NCBI GenBank assembly: GCA_043228905.1 | Contig: JBHGNT010000003.1 | Coordinates: 4,526,001-4,590,000, forward strand | Length of the DNA stretch: 64,000 bases | Origin: Azolla caroliniana | Lineage: Eukaryota > Plantae > Polypodiophyta | Direction: 5' to 3' | Shown here: piece after piece, positions 62,501 to 64,000 of the stretch | Layout of the letters: each line of letters starts with the position of its first letter | Position numbering within the stretch: position 1 is the stretch's first letter | Made by a program: the position numbers and the translations under genes | The notes under the pieces: model-generated | The model's input: only the letters and a program-made list of their open reading frames with translations | Database searches by the model: none | What the model was told of the DNA's origin: nothing

Positions 62501-64000
62501 CCTTTCAAAGATACGTCGTGAAATCATCCGAGAAGTACTCCTTGCCGCCATCTGATCGAAGGCATCGTACATGGCAACCAGTGGCTTTTTCGACTTCGTT
62601 TTTAAACCTTTGAAAGTGTCCGAACACTTCACTCTTTTGCCGCATCGGATAGAGCCATGTGTGCCTGGAGAATTCGTTAATGAAGAGCACGTAATATTGG
62701 CATCCGCCGAATGTAGCCGTTTGCGCCAGTCCCCATACATTGGAATGGACTACGTCGAGTAGACCTTTGCTCACGTTCCGCTCTTTCAGGAATGGGTGTC
62801 GGTGTTGCTTGCCGAATTGGCATGCTTCACATACACCTTCAATCTCCTTCTCTTTGAATGTCGGGAGTCTGATGACGACTCCTTTCGATTTCATTGCTTT
62901 GAGTTTGTTGAGATTGATGTGGCCAATTCGCTTGTGCCATAGCTCTATGTCGGAGTCGGCTTTCGTGCTTTTTGCGAACATGGCGGATTTCATCTCGTGT
63001 GAATCGAGAATGAACATCCGGACCTCTTTTCTTCCACGCGCGATGATTCGGCCCTCTTTTTCAATGAAGCACCCTTCTTGGTCGAATCGTACTTGCATCC
63101 CTTGCTCAACCATTTGGTTGACTGAGACCAAGTTCTTCGTGATGGTGGGAACATGCAAGACATTTTTAATGTACGTTTTCTTACCTCATTCGCCGAACGG
63201 AACATTGCCAATGTGCCGAATCCGGTGTGTAGTGTCATCTCCAGTTTCGACATAACTGGGTCGCTCCGGCTCTCGAAGTTCGAGAAACCATTCTTTATGA
63301 GATGTCATATGGTTTGAGGCTCCGGAGTCAACAAACCATACGTCCTCCGGATTGAGGGCACTAGTTGAGGTAGAGTCCAACATAGAGTTTGCTCTATGTT
63401 TCATCATGAACATTCCGCCACGGTCAGAGTTGTGTGCATACATTCTGCCACGATCTTCGTAGTCGGAGTTGTGCCCATACGTTCCGCTATACTCTTCGTA
63501 GTCGGAATTGTGCACGTAATTCGTGAGTTGCCGGCTTGTGGAAGCCGATTCACGCATCTGTTTTCGGCACTCTTCTTCGTGGTGGCCGAGCTTTCCGCAA
63601 TATCCGCATTCGGTTGCGTTTTGACGGCAGAGGCCGGAGTGGAAGCTCCCCCTTCTTGCGAAGGTTCCTTGTTGGCTTCCGTTTTGTGGCCGAAATTGGG
63701 AGTTGTTGTCGTAGGTCGGACCTCGTCCGCCTTGTCCTTGGCCGAATCGGCCTCTCACTCATCCGCATCCTCTTCCTCCGTTCAAGTGTGTGTAGAGCAT
63801 GTGGCCTTCCGATTCATTGCTCCTTGTACGCACGTGGTTTTCTTCGACCAATAGCATTGATTGGAGCTCGAAGAAGGAGGGAGATTTCTCCCTTGCTAGA
63901 ACGGCGGTTCGCATCGCGCCAAACCGTGGTGCGAGGCCACCGAGGCATATTTGCACCATCTCATCATCATCGATATTTACGCTTATCGAGCCGAGTGAGT
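59519..64000 (-). mobile_element. Copia element K: 3' LTR 59519-59902, PPT 59903-59915, gag-PR-INT-RT-RH with frameshifts; continues past the window
   Basis: CGYCGKLGHHEEEC, WFVDSGASNHM, LRSDGGKEY, YKARLVAK, LYVDDL and KHIEVHYHF motifs. Confidence 0.93.

Noticed and set aside
63410-63520. HNSD repeats after the Copia K zinc knuckle
   Set aside because: Small in-frame tandem duplication in a variable gag-PR linker.

Overview
Eukaryotic DNA, most likely from a non-seed land plant such as a fern, lycophyte or bryophyte (inferred from the mix of TE families; not proven). The first ~10.8 kb holds one intact host gene, a five-exon VTI1-type Qb-SNARE (219 aa, + strand). From 10.86 kb to the end of the window is a deeply nested pile of mostly decayed transposons: three chromodomain Gypsy families, tRNA-Trp- and tRNA-Arg-primed Gypsy elements, four Copia elements, two near-full-length copies of an RTEX-like LINE, an internally deleted Mutator element and hAT MITEs. 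Several insertions have readable LTRs or TIRs and target-site duplications (TSDs). Best leads: (1) both LINE copies have ORF1 and ORF2 in one frame, separated only by a shared UGA-CGG, a known viral read-through context. (2) The three chromovirus families show no tRNA PBS; they carry an 11-12 nt Tf1-like self-primer, plus a U3 'anti-primer' hairpin. (3) One junction (20177-20191) looks like a fossil mis-priming or fold-back product of that mechanism. (4) Two unrelated LTR families carry antisense tRNA-like A-box/B-box modules in U3. (5) Both LINEs sit in the pyrimidine-rich U5 of Gypsy 5' LTRs. All calls are by eye; no database searches were run.
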